Shown piece after piece: positions 27,884-37,964 of a stretch of 64,000 nucleotides of DNA (positions within the stretch are counted from its first letter, which is position 1; every line of letters begins with the position of its first letter). The position numbers and the translations under genes were made by a program. Below the pieces are notes generated by a model. That model saw nothing but the letters and a program-made list of their open reading frames with translations. It did no database searches and was not told the origin of the DNA. Origin of the DNA: a virus. Where the stretch lies: IMG/VR virus record IMGVR_UViG_3300020185_000016; one strand, written 5' to 3'.

Positions 27884-28342
27884 TTATTTCATTTTTGCAG
27901 CAGCTTCTTGAACTTCGGCTACATCTATAATATTTTCACTTAATAAAATTTCTCTATTTCCAAGGTGATCGCGCTCAATATCAGCTTTATTTTGCCCAAA
28001 GTATTTTACTGCATGATGTTCATCAATTAAAATAGCTGCAGCCGTTGTATCACCAATAATAAAGTCACCAAGGATTCTCCCAAATTTGCCTTTCATATCT
28101 TCGCCATCTTTTGCGGCAAACGTTTTAAGGATACATTCTTTTTCAAGTAATTGTTTTAACCGATTTTTTGCGGCTATACCAAAAATTTTTTCAACTTTAT
28201 CACTGGTTCGGGATTCCGGAGTGTCAATTCCCATAACACGGACGCGTTCGTTTTTTAACCAGATTCCGAATCCAAGATCAATATCAACGTCTACGGTATC
28301 TCCATCAACAACCTTTACTAGGTTTGCTTTATATTCATACAT
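27884..28342 (-). CDS. Thermonuclease (SNase-like)
   Basis: VVDGDT, VR..GIDTPE, GKFGRILG. Confidence 0.92.
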   Translation of the reverse strand: MYEYKANLVKVVDGDTVDVDIDLGFGIWLKNERVRVMGIDTPESRTSDKVEKIFGIAAKNRLKQLLEKECILKTFAAKDGEDMKGKFGRILGDFIIGDTTAAAILIDEHHAVKYFGQNKADIERDHLGNREILLSENIIDVAEVQEAAAKMK

Positions 28343-28345
28343 TTT

Positions 28346-28771
28346 TTAATCCTTTTTTTCTTTTAATACATGTTTGCGATGGATTTTGCCACCCACAAAG
28401 GCATTATAGTATTCATCGGGCTTTAATAACACATCCCGCACCATTTGTTCTCTCATTTCATAATACGAGCATTCACCCTTTGATATACATAATCGCAGTA
28501 TTTCTCGTTTAAATCTATCTCTTCCCGAATTTTCAACAAGCAATTTAACTTCTTCACTTGAACCATAATAGTTTTGCCAATCAGATTGTGTTACTTTAAC
28601 ACGCTTTCTTTTATATCCTTTTAATGGCGCCAATCTTCGAGTAGACCATAGATTTTTTTTACCAACATATTTTTTATTATTTGTTAAATCAGTAATTAAA
28701 TATACAAACCCGACGAAAGGCTTTATTTCCTCTTCCGTCGGGTTATATTCAATATCATTATAAAACCACAT
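28346..28771 (-). CDS. GIY-YIG family protein (Seg-like N-terminus)
   Basis: GFVYLIT..NNKKYVGKK, YYGSS, YYN. Confidence 0.85.
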   Translation of the reverse strand: MWFYNDIEYNPTEEEIKPFVGFVYLITDLTNNKKYVGKKNLWSTRRLAPLKGYKRKRVKVTQSDWQNYYGSSEEVKLLVENSGRDRFKREILRLCISKGECSYYEMREQMVRDVLLKPDEYYNAFVGGKIHRKHVLKEKKD

Positions 28772-28802
28772 GTATTATCCTTTATTCGCATCGCGATAAA
28801 TT

Positions 28803-28810
28803 TATTTATA
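28803..28810 (-). promoter_or_regulatory. T4-type late promoter
   Basis: TATAAATA. Confidence 0.6.
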
Positions 28811-28824
28811 ATACATGTTAAGAG

Positions 28825-28977
28825 TTAATCTTCGGAGTCGTTTAGTTCATCAATCATTTCTGCTCGTATTTCGGTTCCACACATCGGGCAATGGTATGGA
28901 TCATCATCGATATCGGTTGATATTACTACTTGTGTTTCAGTTTCACAAACATCACAGTCTAAATAAAAATATTTCAT
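28825..28977 (-). CDS. Small Zn-ribbon protein (50 aa)
   Basis: Hand-translated CDVC...CPMCG. Confidence 0.75.
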   Translation of the reverse strand: MKYFYLDCDVCETETQVVISTDIDDDPYHCPMCGTEIRAEMIDELNDSED

Positions 28978-28978
28978 A

Positions 28979-30676
28979 TTAGGCCTCACATGCTGCGCAT
29001 TCAGTTGATATTACTCTTTTGCGGGTCAAAGATTGTGCTGCAGACATAGAAAAACTATAATATAAACTCTTAATACCCAATTCATGAGCATACAAATATA
29101 GCTGATTAATTTCCTTTACAGTCATATCTGGATCAAGCATTAGATTCAAGCTTTGACTTTGATCAATATATTCTTGACGGATTGCCGCTTGATCAATAAT
29201 AGTATTTGGACTAATTTCAGAAAATGTTTTAAATACTGCTTTTTCATCATCAGTTAAAATATCGAGATGCTGAACAGATCCATCTGCATTACGGATTGCT
29301 TCCCATACTTCGGGTTTATCTTCATCTTTTTCTTGCAATAATTTTTCAAGATATGGATTCTTAATTGTTACTTTCATTTTAGCCAAATCTTTAACATAGC
29401 AATTACTAAATTCTGGCTCTATAGATTGAGATACTTGACCCAAAATAAAACTTGATGATTTAGTTGGAGCAACAGCCATTGTAGTAGTATTGCGCATACC
29501 ATAGCCTTCAAGAAGTGGTGGTTCGCCTAAAACAATAGCCAATTCTTTTGAAGCTTCATAACTTCTTGTTCGCAATGTTTTTGCAATTTCAAGATTTAAT
29601 TTGGCCGCGGCTGTGCCCTCAAAAGCAATCATATTAGACTGTAAATATGAATGCCAGCCAAGAATACCAGCGCCTAGCGCCCGGTGATTTTTTGCAAATT
29701 CCCTCGCACGAAGCAAATATGTCTGGCCTTCGGTCTTGCGAATAAATTCCTCACAGACAGTATCAAGGAACATAGTTAATGTTTCAATAGCATCTGTTTC
29801 TTTAATCTCATCCCAATGTAAAAGATTAAGTGATGATAATACACAAGTAAACGTTTCTTCATGTGAAGATGGCAAGGCAATTTCAGCACACATATTAGAA
29901 GCATATACGCGCAGATCTTTATCTTTATAAACTTGGGGCCGGCCATCATTTACATTATCGCTAAATAAAATATATGGGAAGCCAATTTCAGCTCGACGCT
30001 GCAAAACTTTTGCCCATAATCTGCGCTTTTCTGCATCACCGGCTTTCATTTCGCGAATAAACGCATCACTTACCGTAATACCTGTTGTAAGCCCTTGGAT
30101 AGGATTACCTTCTGTACCAATGTCCAGAAACTCGTCAGCATCTGGGTGTTCAATGTCTTGGTATGCCGCAAAGAAACCACGGCGAACTGAACCTTGCGAT
30201 ACAACTGATGCCAAAGTATCATACATCTGCATAAAGTGTACCGAACCCGAGGATTCTCCCGAATCACGAATTGGAGCACCGCGATGACGAACGGCGCCAA
30301 AGTAACCCGACGTACCACCGCCGTTTTTCATTAGCATACCGTTTTCAGCATGACCAAATAAAATAGCTTCCATATTATCGTCAATATAAGAACCAAAACA
30401 AGAAACTGGTAAGCCCCGGTTTTTGCCATAATTTGCCCATACTGGCGATGCTAATGAATAATAGCCGCGGCTCATATAATCATAAAACTTATCAGCAAAA
30501 CCATCAAATTTTGATTGGTCTGATTTAGTCTTTGCCATATCTTTTAAATACCATTCTGCTTTATCCGCAATATTGCGAATACGGCTTTCTGGCTTTTCTT
30601 TTCCTTCTAAATAGCCACGTGACAAAAATGTTCGGGAATCTTCGTTTAACCAATAAAACTTTTTATATTTTTTCAT
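28979..30676 (-). CDS. nrdA: Class I ribonucleotide reductase alpha subunit, no ATP-cone
   Basis: SCF, GGTS, ASNMCAEI, TCVLSS, APT.SSS, KSLYY, C-terminal CAAC. Confidence 0.96.
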   Translation of the reverse strand: MKKYKKFYWLNEDSRTFLSRGYLEGKEKPESRIRNIADKAEWYLKDMAKTKSDQSKFDGFADKFYDYMSRGYYSLASPVWANYGKNRGLPVSCFGSYIDDNMEAILFGHAENGMLMKNGGGTSGYFGAVRHRGAPIRDSGESSGSVHFMQMYDTLASVVSQGSVRRGFFAAYQDIEHPDADEFLDIGTEGNPIQGLTTGITVSDAFIREMKAGDAEKRRLWAKVLQRRAEIGFPYILFSDNVNDGRPQVYKDKDLRVYASNMCAEIALPSSHEETFTCVLSSLNLLHWDEIKETDAIETLTMFLDTVCEEFIRKTEGQTYLLRAREFAKNHRALGAGILGWHSYLQSNMIAFEGTAAAKLNLEIAKTLRTRSYEASKELAIVLGEPPLLEGYGMRNTTTMAVAPTKSSSFILGQVSQSIEPEFSNCYVKDLAKMKVTIKNPYLEKLLQEKDEDKPEVWEAIRNADGSVQHLDILTDDEKAVFKTFSEISPNTIIDQAAIRQEYIDQSQSLNLMLDPDMTVKEINQLYLYAHELGIKSLYYSFSMSAAQSLTRKRVISTECAACEA

Positions 30677-30687
30677 TCTATAATTTC

Positions 30688-31971
30688 CTAAAATAAATCA
30701 TCGCAAGTAAACGCTTTTGTTTTCTTTGAATACGCGGTACTGCGCTTAACAAAAAAGTCTACATTTTTTGTACTCAAAATTTCTTCCATAAACCAGTCAG
30801 TAGTTTTGACTGCATCCATATCTACATCATATAATGGCTTCATATCAATTGCTTGGAGCGATTGATTAAACCGATATTTTAAAAATTCTTTTACTGTTTC
30901 TTTTGGCAAGAAATCTAAATCATATTCGCCATAAATCCAATCAACAATTGCAGATTCTGCTTTATATGCATCACGGCAAAGGCGATTAACTTCGCTAATA
31001 CTATCTTTATCAAACCAATCTGGATTTTCTGCCCGAATAATATTTACCAGTTCAAACCCAAATCGAGCATGAATATCTTCTTCTTTTGAAGTAGCTTCTA
31101 CTGCATTTGAAATACCCTTAAGCACATTTTTATGCTTGTTAAATGACATCATAATTAAAAACTGGCTAAACAAAGATACATTTTCAACAAACATTGAAAA
31201 TAGAATAATTTTATGAAAATAATCTTTATTATCAACAGGAGAACCAATTGATTGTTCGAGATACGCAATACGTTTTTTCATAGCAGGCACTTCAACAAGC
31301 TTTTCAAATTCTTCGTTAAGCCCCATTATTTCAATAAGATTTGAATAAGCATCGGCATGCCGCACTTCAGATTCGCCAAAAGTCATACCTACTGCAGACA
31401 CTTCTGGTTTTGGGAATCGATCACCGATTTTAGACCAAAATGTTTTAACCGCAACTTCAATTTGAGAAATGGCTAACATAGCCTTCTTAACAATTTCAAC
31501 CTCTTCGGGTTTCATATTAACTTTCATATCTTGAATATCAGATGAATAATTAAATTCAGTATGAACCCAATATGAATGACGAATAGCATCTGTGTATTCA
31601 TTAAGCTGAGGATATTCATACGGCTTTAGGTTTGTTCTTTTGCGAAAAATATCTGGTTGGTTATTAAAACGAAAACGAATATATTCACGGGCTAAATCAT
31701 GTAAGCCCATATCCATAATAACATTCTCTACAGTTGTATGAATATTATCAACCCCCACTTGAACATCAGCAGCATCATCCTCATTCAATAAATTTGTTAC
31801 ATCATTGGCTACTTCACCTGGGAGCAACCTGCTCCGCATTCCAACAGTTTTCATAGCTTTAGAAACCGCAAGACTAATTTTATTTTCGTCGTAGCTTTCA
31901 GTAGTGCCATCACGTTTAGTAACGTAATTAACTTTTCTTAAAAATTCTTGGGGAGTTGTTTGCAGCATCAT
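30688..31971 (-). CDS. nrdB: RNR beta subunit with N-terminal ATP-cone (class Id-like)
   Basis: VTKRDG cone; QIEVAVK, EVRHADAY, EEDIH. Confidence 0.93.
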   Translation of the reverse strand: MMLQTTPQEFLRKVNYVTKRDGTTESYDENKISLAVSKAMKTVGMRSRLLPGEVANDVTNLLNEDDAADVQVGVDNIHTTVENVIMDMGLHDLAREYIRFRFNNQPDIFRKRTNLKPYEYPQLNEYTDAIRHSYWVHTEFNYSSDIQDMKVNMKPEEVEIVKKAMLAISQIEVAVKTFWSKIGDRFPKPEVSAVGMTFGESEVRHADAYSNLIEIMGLNEEFEKLVEVPAMKKRIAYLEQSIGSPVDNKDYFHKIILFSMFVENVSLFSQFLIMMSFNKHKNVLKGISNAVEATSKEEDIHARFGFELVNIIRAENPDWFDKDSISEVNRLCRDAYKAESAIVDWIYGEYDLDFLPKETVKEFLKYRFNQSLQAIDMKPLYDVDMDAVKTTDWFMEEILSTKNVDFFVKRSTAYSKKTKAFTCDDLF

Positions 31972-32060
31972 GGCTATTCCTTCATTGGAGGTCTAAAAAT
32001 AAGATAGCTATATTAACCCTTAAAATAAGAGCAAATGCTATATACTCAGTCGGATGATTT

Positions 32061-32089
32061 ATTATATACTATTATATATCATAAGTAAA
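32061..32089 (-). promoter_or_regulatory. Early promoter of nrdBA
   Basis: TTTACT-N17-TATAAT. Confidence 0.75.
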
Positions 32090-32155
32090 TCTTTAAAATT
32101 AACAATATGTAGTCTTTTAACGATTTTTTTATCAATATATGGAAAATAAATTAAT

Positions 32156-32434
32156 TTATTTTTTCTCTAGTTCTAAAATTCTATTTTCGAGTTCGTCAAT
32201 TTTTTTAGTTACATGCGGATATTTTTTGCGCCAAGCATCGGTTGGTTGTTCAAACCAAGTAAACCCGTATCTATTAACTAAAAAATCTAAAAATTGATCT
32301 AGCTTAGCATAACACCATAGGCCAACTCGGGTGTCTTTAAAATATGCTAAAAATGCAGCACCTAAGATTGCCCCCAATATACTAGTATATATCCAAAGTG
32401 TATCGTTCATAAGATCTGATATTAAAGTTGACAT
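32156..32434 (-). CDS. Small membrane protein
   Basis: N-terminal TM segment, C-terminal coiled coil. Confidence 0.7.
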   Translation of the reverse strand: MSTLISDLMNDTLWIYTSILGAILGAAFLAYFKDTRVGLWCYAKLDQFLDFLVNRYGFTWFEQPTDAWRKKYPHVTKKIDELENRILELEKK

Positions 32435-32437
32435 TTA

Positions 32438-32833
32438 TTATTCTTCCAGTATTACAGCACTATCTAAAGCTTCTTCAGCCTTTTCATAGTAGTTTCTATA
32501 TGCCGCAATAATAGTTTTTTGTTGTTCAACTAACTTGCGTATTTCACTAAGATTTAATCCTAAATTACTATACCCATCACCGGTTAATGCATAAAGCGCA
32601 AAGGCTTGACCATCGTTACTTAGATCTTCGATAACCTGGTCAAGATTGTTTTCATTAATAACAATCCATTCAAGAGTTTTCATATTTAATTCATCAACTT
32701 CAGGTAAAGTCAATACGGGTTTATTAATCGGCTTCGACGATATCTGTATTTGCTGAGGTAGCGGTTTCGAGCAGGCCATCAGACTTGTAAGTATCATAAA
32801 GCCAAGGGCATTCCTTATTAAAAGCTTCGCCAT
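32438..32833 (-). CDS. Putative o-spanin lipoprotein
   Basis: Lipobox LMAC, Pro-rich, overlaps i-spanin candidate. Confidence 0.7.
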   Translation of the reverse strand: MAKLLIRNALGFMILTSLMACSKPLPQQIQISSKPINKPVLTLPEVDELNMKTLEWIVINENNLDQVIEDLSNDGQAFALYALTGDGYSNLGLNLSEIRKLVEQQKTIIAAYRNYYEKAEEALDSAVILEE

Positions 32834-33239
32834 TTACAGCGGTCCTTTCTTTTTCATTTAGTTCGGCACCCGATAACAATTCAAAACATCGACCGGCGTT
32901 ATATGAGCCACGATTAACCGCGCGCTCAATTCCAGCCGGATTATTAAGTGCAGCAACTGTTAAATCTATTCTTTCTAATTTATCAGCTAATAATTGGCTT
33001 TGTCTTCTTATTTTTGCATATTCGGCATTTATAGTGGTCAATTCTGCTTGTGCATCATTATAACTGTTTTGAAGAGACGCCATAGCATCTTCTTGAGTTT
33101 CTATAGCACTATTTAATTTAGCATTATTGGTTTCTAATATAATTATTGTTTGTTGCAATCTTAGGTATTCTTGGTATCCGAAATAGCCCGATACACCTAT
33201 TATAGCAAATAATGAAAGGAAAAGATACACTTTAATCAT
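32724..33239 (-). CDS. Putative i-spanin
   Basis: N-terminal TM followed by coiled coil; C-terminal Cys pair. Confidence 0.7.
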   Translation of the reverse strand: MIKVYLFLSLFAIIGVSGYFGYQEYLRLQQTIIILETNNAKLNSAIETQEDAMASLQNSYNDAQAELTTINAEYAKIRRQSQLLADKLERIDLTVAALNNPAGIERAVNRGSYNAGRCFELLSGAELNEKERTAVNGEAFNKECPWLYDTYKSDGLLETATSANTDIVEAD

Positions 33240-33251
33240 ATTTTTTAAACT

Positions 33252-33449
33252 TTATTCAATAAATTTGCGGAATCTTTTTAAGATTCTTGGTGGTTTATCT
33301 TTACGACGGCGTTTATCAACAATAACAGTGCCAGTCGGATTATCACCGGCACCAACAACTGATTGAGTAGTAGTTCCGGCCGCAATATCTTCAGTTTTTG
33401 ACAATACGGGCGCTATGGCTTGACCGTAAAGGGGCTTGATTTTTTTCAT
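33252..33449 (-). CDS. Small late hypothetical protein
   Basis: Packed ORF. Confidence 0.6.
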   Translation of the reverse strand: MKKIKPLYGQAIAPVLSKTEDIAAGTTTQSVVGAGDNPTGTVIVDKRRRKDKPPRILKRFRKFIE

Positions 33450-33457
33450 AGTATTTC

Positions 33458-34042
33458 CTATAGCAATTCTGTAGATGATATATAGATTTTTTGATTTGTT
33501 CTAATATGTACAGCCTCATATATATTTAAGCCAAATATATCTCCAATTGGATATCCATCATTAATAATACGAATTTGATCTTTAGCCCGTACTAATTCTT
33601 CATTAGTGCTATTAACCATTTTAGGATATTTTACCTTATACATACCCGGAGATACCCGATTACCTTCTAACATAAACCATTCGCTATGTTCGTTTAAAAA
33701 ATCTACGGGGTGATGACCAGTTGTTTCAATAATTTTTTGTAATCCTCTATCATCAATTTTGTATTTTTCTTTAATAAGATATAAAGCTGCAGCATAAGAC
33801 CCAATAATAGAACCACCACCGGGCGCTTTAGCCATTAATCGTTTAATATTAAATACCAATTTAATAAACGGAGTATATGCAGATTTTTTTTCCGGAGAAT
33901 CTATAGCTTCGCTTTTAATTCGTTTACCAGCTTTATCAATAAGACCAATTTTAAATGCTTCGGTTTTTTCAAACGGTGTTACTAATAGCTTTAAAAATCT
34001 AATAGTATATACTAAATCTGCTGCTGATTTAAAAATTCCCAT
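33458..34042 (-). CDS. Conserved T4-like hypothetical protein
   Basis: ADLVYTIRFLKLLVTPF motif. Confidence 0.8.
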   Translation of the reverse strand: MGIFKSAADLVYTIRFLKLLVTPFEKTEAFKIGLIDKAGKRIKSEAIDSPEKKSAYTPFIKLVFNIKRLMAKAPGGGSIIGSYAAALYLIKEKYKIDDRGLQKIIETTGHHPVDFLNEHSEWFMLEGNRVSPGMYKVKYPKMVNSTNEELVRAKDQIRIINDGYPIGDIFGLNIYEAVHIRTNQKIYISSTELL

Positions 34043-34410
34043 TATATTGCTCTCAGTCTTTCTACAATTTCCTTATCCATTTCTATACCAAGATATTGGT
34101 TAGGTCCAATATAATTAAGGAACAATAAAAATGGTTTTAAAACGGGCCAGTGGGCAGAAGTCATTTTATACTCTAAAATCTTAAGAGTGGCTTCTGGTCC
34201 AAAAGAGTTAAAGACTACTACCAAATGATTTAGTATTAATCTTTCACTACACCGGCCCGATTCTATATATTTATTAATCAATCTTTTTATATATTTAAAT
34301 CTATTCAAATCTTCATGAAATTCATCAACATCAATACACTTAGGATTATAATAATGCTTCGCTACATATATAAGGAAATTCTTTTCATTCAACTCATTAA
34401 ATAATGTCAA
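34042..34410 (-). CDS. Conserved T4-like hypothetical protein
   Basis: FHEDLNRFKYIKRL..ERLILNH. Confidence 0.8.
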   Translation of the reverse strand: MTLFNELNEKNFLIYVAKHYYNPKCIDVDEFHEDLNRFKYIKRLINKYIESGRCSERLILNHLVVVFNSFGPEATLKILEYKMTSAHWPVLKPFLLFLNYIGPNQYLGIEMDKEIVERLRAI

Positions 34411-34428
34411 AGTGTTAGCCTTTATTTT

Positions 34429-35292
34429 TTAGGCGCGGTAAATCACCGTTTTATCGCCAGTAGAATTATCACCGGGTCTCGTAGTTGGACTTTTAACGCC
34501 GTTCAAAAATGATTGAAAAGTTTTTGTGTTAACGGTTGGGCCATCAGCATATTCTGGTGTTTCAATTGTATGTTTATTAATAAAATCTGCTTCGCCCTTG
34601 CGTGTTTGCAATTGCTTTTGCCAACTATCACGTGTGATATCATTGGACTCCGGTTGCGCAGCTTCTTGAACAGATTCATCAGTATTTGATTTAGTAATCC
34701 AATTAGAACCGTCTTTGTCGCTGGAATCATATGAGCAGTCTTCGTTTTTCGGTTTGTTAAATTCATCGCCGCACTCTTTGCATACTAAAGTTGCATTATC
34801 AGTATCTTCATTTTTAGTTTCTGATACTTCATGATAACCGTTATTATCACAATGCTTGCAACCTTTGCCTTTGCATTCAGGGCAAACTTGACGCTCTTCA
34901 TCCATAGCCTTTGCAATTGCTTTGCGGCGTTTATGAAGATATTCATCAGAAGAATCGATGTCGCCATCGTTATCAATGTCTTTGTCTTTACGGTCATCGA
35001 ATTTCTTCTTGACTGCTTTAGGCTGGACTTTATCCATACCTTCACCGTCATCAGACTTATCGTTAGTATTATCTTCGGTCTTACTCTTTTTATCCCATGG
35101 GGCTTTTGGTAGAGTAACCTTTTCTATACCCTTTTTAGAAGCAGCACTTACTTTAGCTAACGCTTTACGCGTCGCAGCAACTGAACTTTCATCTACGGTT
35201 TCTTCAGCAGGATTAGCCGCCGCTTCTTCCATTTGTTTTTGTTTTACTTGACCATATGTTGCGGCCAAATTTCGGATCCATTGATTATCCAT
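34429..35292 (-). CDS. Charged modular late protein with Zn finger
   Basis: DKDIDNDGDID, CPECKGKGCKHC, CKEC; Glu-ended linkers. Confidence 0.8.
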   Translation of the reverse strand: MDNQWIRNLAATYGQVKQKQMEEAAANPAEETVDESSVAATRKALAKVSAASKKGIEKVTLPKAPWDKKSKTEDNTNDKSDDGEGMDKVQPKAVKKKFDDRKDKDIDNDGDIDSSDEYLHKRRKAIAKAMDEERQVCPECKGKGCKHCDNNGYHEVSETKNEDTDNATLVCKECGDEFNKPKNEDCSYDSSDKDGSNWITKSNTDESVQEAAQPESNDITRDSWQKQLQTRKGEADFINKHTIETPEYADGPTVNTKTFQSFLNGVKSPTTRPGDNSTGDKTVIYRA

Positions 35293-35304
35293 GATTGTAT
35301 TCCT

Positions 35305-35592
35305 TTACATCCATATATTGGCGGCAACAGCCGCAATAACAGCAGTACAAACTGCCCAAAATATTTTATTAATAATAGAAATAGTTCTACTATTATTTTC
35401 TGCTGTTTGCCCTAAATTATCTAGTTTTTCATCCATTTTATTTAATCGCTTATACATCATTGAATTATCTTTTTGGATGTTTAGAATTTTCTCTTCGGCG
35501 CGTGCCAAAGATACCATTGCTTCTGCTAGCAAATCTAATTTAACTTCTATTCGTTCTAGGCGCGATCTTTGTGACTCGTTATTATCGGACAT
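35305..35592 (-). CDS. Coiled-coil protein with C-terminal TM (holin/XhlA-like)
   Basis: Topology; TATAAATA at 35627..35634. Confidence 0.6.
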   Translation of the reverse strand: MSDNNESQRSRLERIEVKLDLLAEAMVSLARAEEKILNIQKDNSMMYKRLNKMDEKLDNLGQTAENNSRTISIINKIFWAVCTAVIAAVAANIWM

Positions 35593-35668
35593 ATATTTAA
35601 TTTCCCATGCGATAAATTATTATTGTTATTTATAATATAATATATTCAATACATATATTTTGTAATAA

Positions 35669-35908
35669 TTATTGACTACCAAATTCATGGCCGGCCACTC
35701 GCTTCATTTGTTTATTAAATTCTTCTTGGTCCGGTTTTTTCTTGTATAGCTTAATAGAGATATTATCTTTATCTTTACCTTTAATACGCCATTTCATACC
35801 ATCCGCTTTATGTTCAGCATCAGTTGTTTTTACAACACGACGTTTATAGCCATCTTCCCAGGTTTCGGATCTTCCACCTTCGGCAATAAAAAGCTTAAAT
35901 GGTTTCAT
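35669..35908 (-). CDS. Putative internal head protein (CTS)
   Basis: MKPFKLFIAE/G. Confidence 0.7.
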   Translation of the reverse strand: MKPFKLFIAEGGRSETWEDGYKRRVVKTTDAEHKADGMKWRIKGKDKDNISIKLYKKKPDQEEFNKQMKRVAGHEFGSQ

Positions 35909-36075
35909 TGGGATAACTCCGTCGTAGTTTCGGTTAATAAAGAAGTCTTAATTTGTAATTCTATTGGATTTGCTTCATTTAATTTAGTAGCGGATTCATT
36001 TGTAGGCTTACACTCACCACAGCAATTATCGGTACCACAATCCGGATGCTCATTCAATTGAGGATTAATTAACAT
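35905..36075 (-). CDS. Small Cys-rich protein
   Basis: HPDCGTDNCCGEC. Confidence 0.55.
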   Translation of the reverse strand: MLINPQLNEHPDCGTDNCCGECKPTNESATKLNEANPIELQIKTSLLTETTTELSQ

Positions 36076-36352
36076 TTTTTTTACCCCTATTATCATATTC
36101 GCCCATTTTCATAACTTGTTCTTTAGCATACCATTGTGGGCTATATGTTTCATGCCAATCCCACTCGCGTGTTTTTGAATTCCACTCCAATACTTTCCAC
36201 TCACCTTTATGACGAATATTTTCATCATATTGTTTTTCAATTTTAAATCTTCTACCGGTAGGAAAAGTAATTTCCTTTTCGCCGTTGGGTCCAGCCTTTT
36301 TCCATTTAGGCAATTTAACAGCTTCTGTTAAATGAGTTTTGAAACTTTTCAT
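36065..36352 (-). CDS. Putative internal head protein (CTS)
   Basis: MKSFKTHLTE/A. Confidence 0.7.
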   Translation of the reverse strand: MKSFKTHLTEAVKLPKWKKAGPNGEKEITFPTGRRFKIEKQYDENIRHKGEWKVLEWNSKTREWDWHETYSPQWYAKEQVMKMGEYDNRGKKNVN

Positions 36353-36642
36353 TTCATTAATTCTTTTATAATAGCTAAGGCTTTCTTACCATCAGGATGG
36401 TTTGGATTTATACTTACTTCATCACCGTTCATAAAATCAGATATATTTGCTGATTTACCTAATGCTGTAATTGCTTTATGTAATGGATCTCTTTTATCAT
36501 ATTTAGTTTCAAAATTAGGTTTACCCCGCAATTCAACCCAACTTTTTTCTTTAGTGTCTCTCATTTTTAAAGTATCCTGGCCTATGCCACGAATCAATTT
36601 AACCATAACACCTTCAGAAATATATGTTTTAAATTTTAGCAT
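36349..36642 (-). CDS. Putative internal head protein (CTS)
   Basis: Start trimmed to MLKFKTYISE/G. Confidence 0.7.
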   Translation of the reverse strand: MLKFKTYISEGVMVKLIRGIGQDTLKMRDTKEKSWVELRGKPNFETKYDKRDPLHKAITALGKSANISDFMNGDEVSINPNHPDGKKALAIIKELMK

Positions 36643-36644
36643 TG

Positions 36645-36950
36645 CTAAATACCCGGTTCTATTATTTTTAAAATTAAAGTGCCGTCGCTGGGACAACCCG
36701 TAGGAGGTTTGCCCTTTATTAACCTATGATATTCCATTTTTTTTATTTGAAATGTTGTACCTTCTTCCATCATATGAGGAAGAGTATTTTCCATTTGGAA
36801 TAACCAACCAGCACTATTATGTACAACAAGAACTAATCTATCTTTTTTATCCCTATGCCAATGTAAATCGCCGCCTTCACAATCATATGCAAAAGTTCTA
36901 AACCATACATTTTCTTCAACAGTTGGGATATCGAAATAAGGAGCTACCAA
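36645..36950 (-). CDS. Cupin-fold protein
   Basis: LHWHRD...EYHRLIKG; probable TTG start overlapping the upstream stop. Confidence 0.7.
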   Translation of the reverse strand: MVAPYFDIPTVEENVWFRTFAYDCEGGDLHWHRDKKDRLVLVVHNSAGWLFQMENTLPHMMEEGTTFQIKKMEYHRLIKGKPPTGCPSDGTLILKIIEPGI

Positions 36951-37480
36951 AAGAAATTTCCACCCCCGCTTAATCCCAGCTGATCGGCATAATATGGTAA
37001 TCGACATGCCCAATAACCAGCAGTCATTTTATCGGTTTTTGTATCACATTGATGTCTAGCAGCAAAAGACTTACGAGCTGCCGGATCATCAATTTTTGCT
37101 TTCAATCCTGTGGTATCACCCCATGAAATTTTTTTAATCTTATCAGTTTTAGGATCTTTAACATAAACATAATATTTTTTTGGGCCGCCACGCTTTGGTT
37201 TATTTAATGGCATATCCTGCTCTTTTTCTTCGAGCATTGGTGAATCTAAGGGCACATGCTGATGATTATAAAAAGCAAATTCCCCAATATCGGTTTGTTC
37301 AATCATAAATAAATCGCGACCAGATAACTCAATATTACCTTCAGCATATTGCTTTCGGGCATCTCTGAAAACTTTATAATAAGATTCTGAGCCAACTCTA
37401 TATAACTCACCAAGAGAAATATTATTTTCTACAACATACGTTAAATTAGTGTCATTTACAAAGTTTTTAAATTTAATCAT
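36944..37480 (-). CDS. Putative internal head protein, two modules
   Basis: MIKFKNF..YVVE; MLEE/KEQDMPLNKPKRGG..RKSF.ARH.C. Confidence 0.75.
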   Translation of the reverse strand: MIKFKNFVNDTNLTYVVENNISLGELYRVGSESYYKVFRDARKQYAEGNIELSGRDLFMIEQTDIGEFAFYNHQHVPLDSPMLEEKEQDMPLNKPKRGGPKKYYVYVKDPKTDKIKKISWGDTTGLKAKIDDPAARKSFAARHQCDTKTDKMTAGYWACRLPYYADQLGLSGGGNFFW

Positions 37481-37481
37481 T

Positions 37482-37964
37482 TTATATTAATCCCTTTGAA
37501 TCCATAACTAAATATCCTATACCGCCAAATACTCCGATACAAGCAAACATTAATATTAATATAGCTAAAGTATTTAATAAATTTTTACGCATTTCGGCCT
37601 GGCGATATACAGTTTCTTGCCTTTGTTTTGCTATCTTACGACGCATGCGAATTAATTCATCCCAGGCATTTGCTCCATATCTAAACATTAGCATTGTTCT
37701 TAATTCTTTTTCTTGTTCAATTATTTTCTTTTCTTGAATAAGCAATGCTAAAGCTTCTTCTTCAATAGATCCGCTAGCAAATAGCCGTTTAAAAATTGGC
37801 GGATTTTTTGCTTGTTCTTTTGCAAATCTAAAATCATTTACTGCGCTATACCACTTACCTAATTGCTGAGCAGTATCTTCAAATTCCCTACCAGCCGCAA
37901 CCATTCGAGTTACTACATTATATGCAGAGGTAGCCATAGTTATTGCTGATATTGGATCTATCAT
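37482..37964 (-). CDS. Coiled-coil protein with C-terminal TM
   Basis: MIDPISA start; TM at C-terminus. Confidence 0.7.
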   Translation of the reverse strand: MIDPISAITMATSAYNVVTRMVAAGREFEDTAQQLGKWYSAVNDFRFAKEQAKNPPIFKRLFASGSIEEEALALLIQEKKIIEQEKELRTMLMFRYGANAWDELIRMRRKIAKQRQETVYRQAEMRKNLLNTLAILILMFACIGVFGGIGYLVMDSKGLI

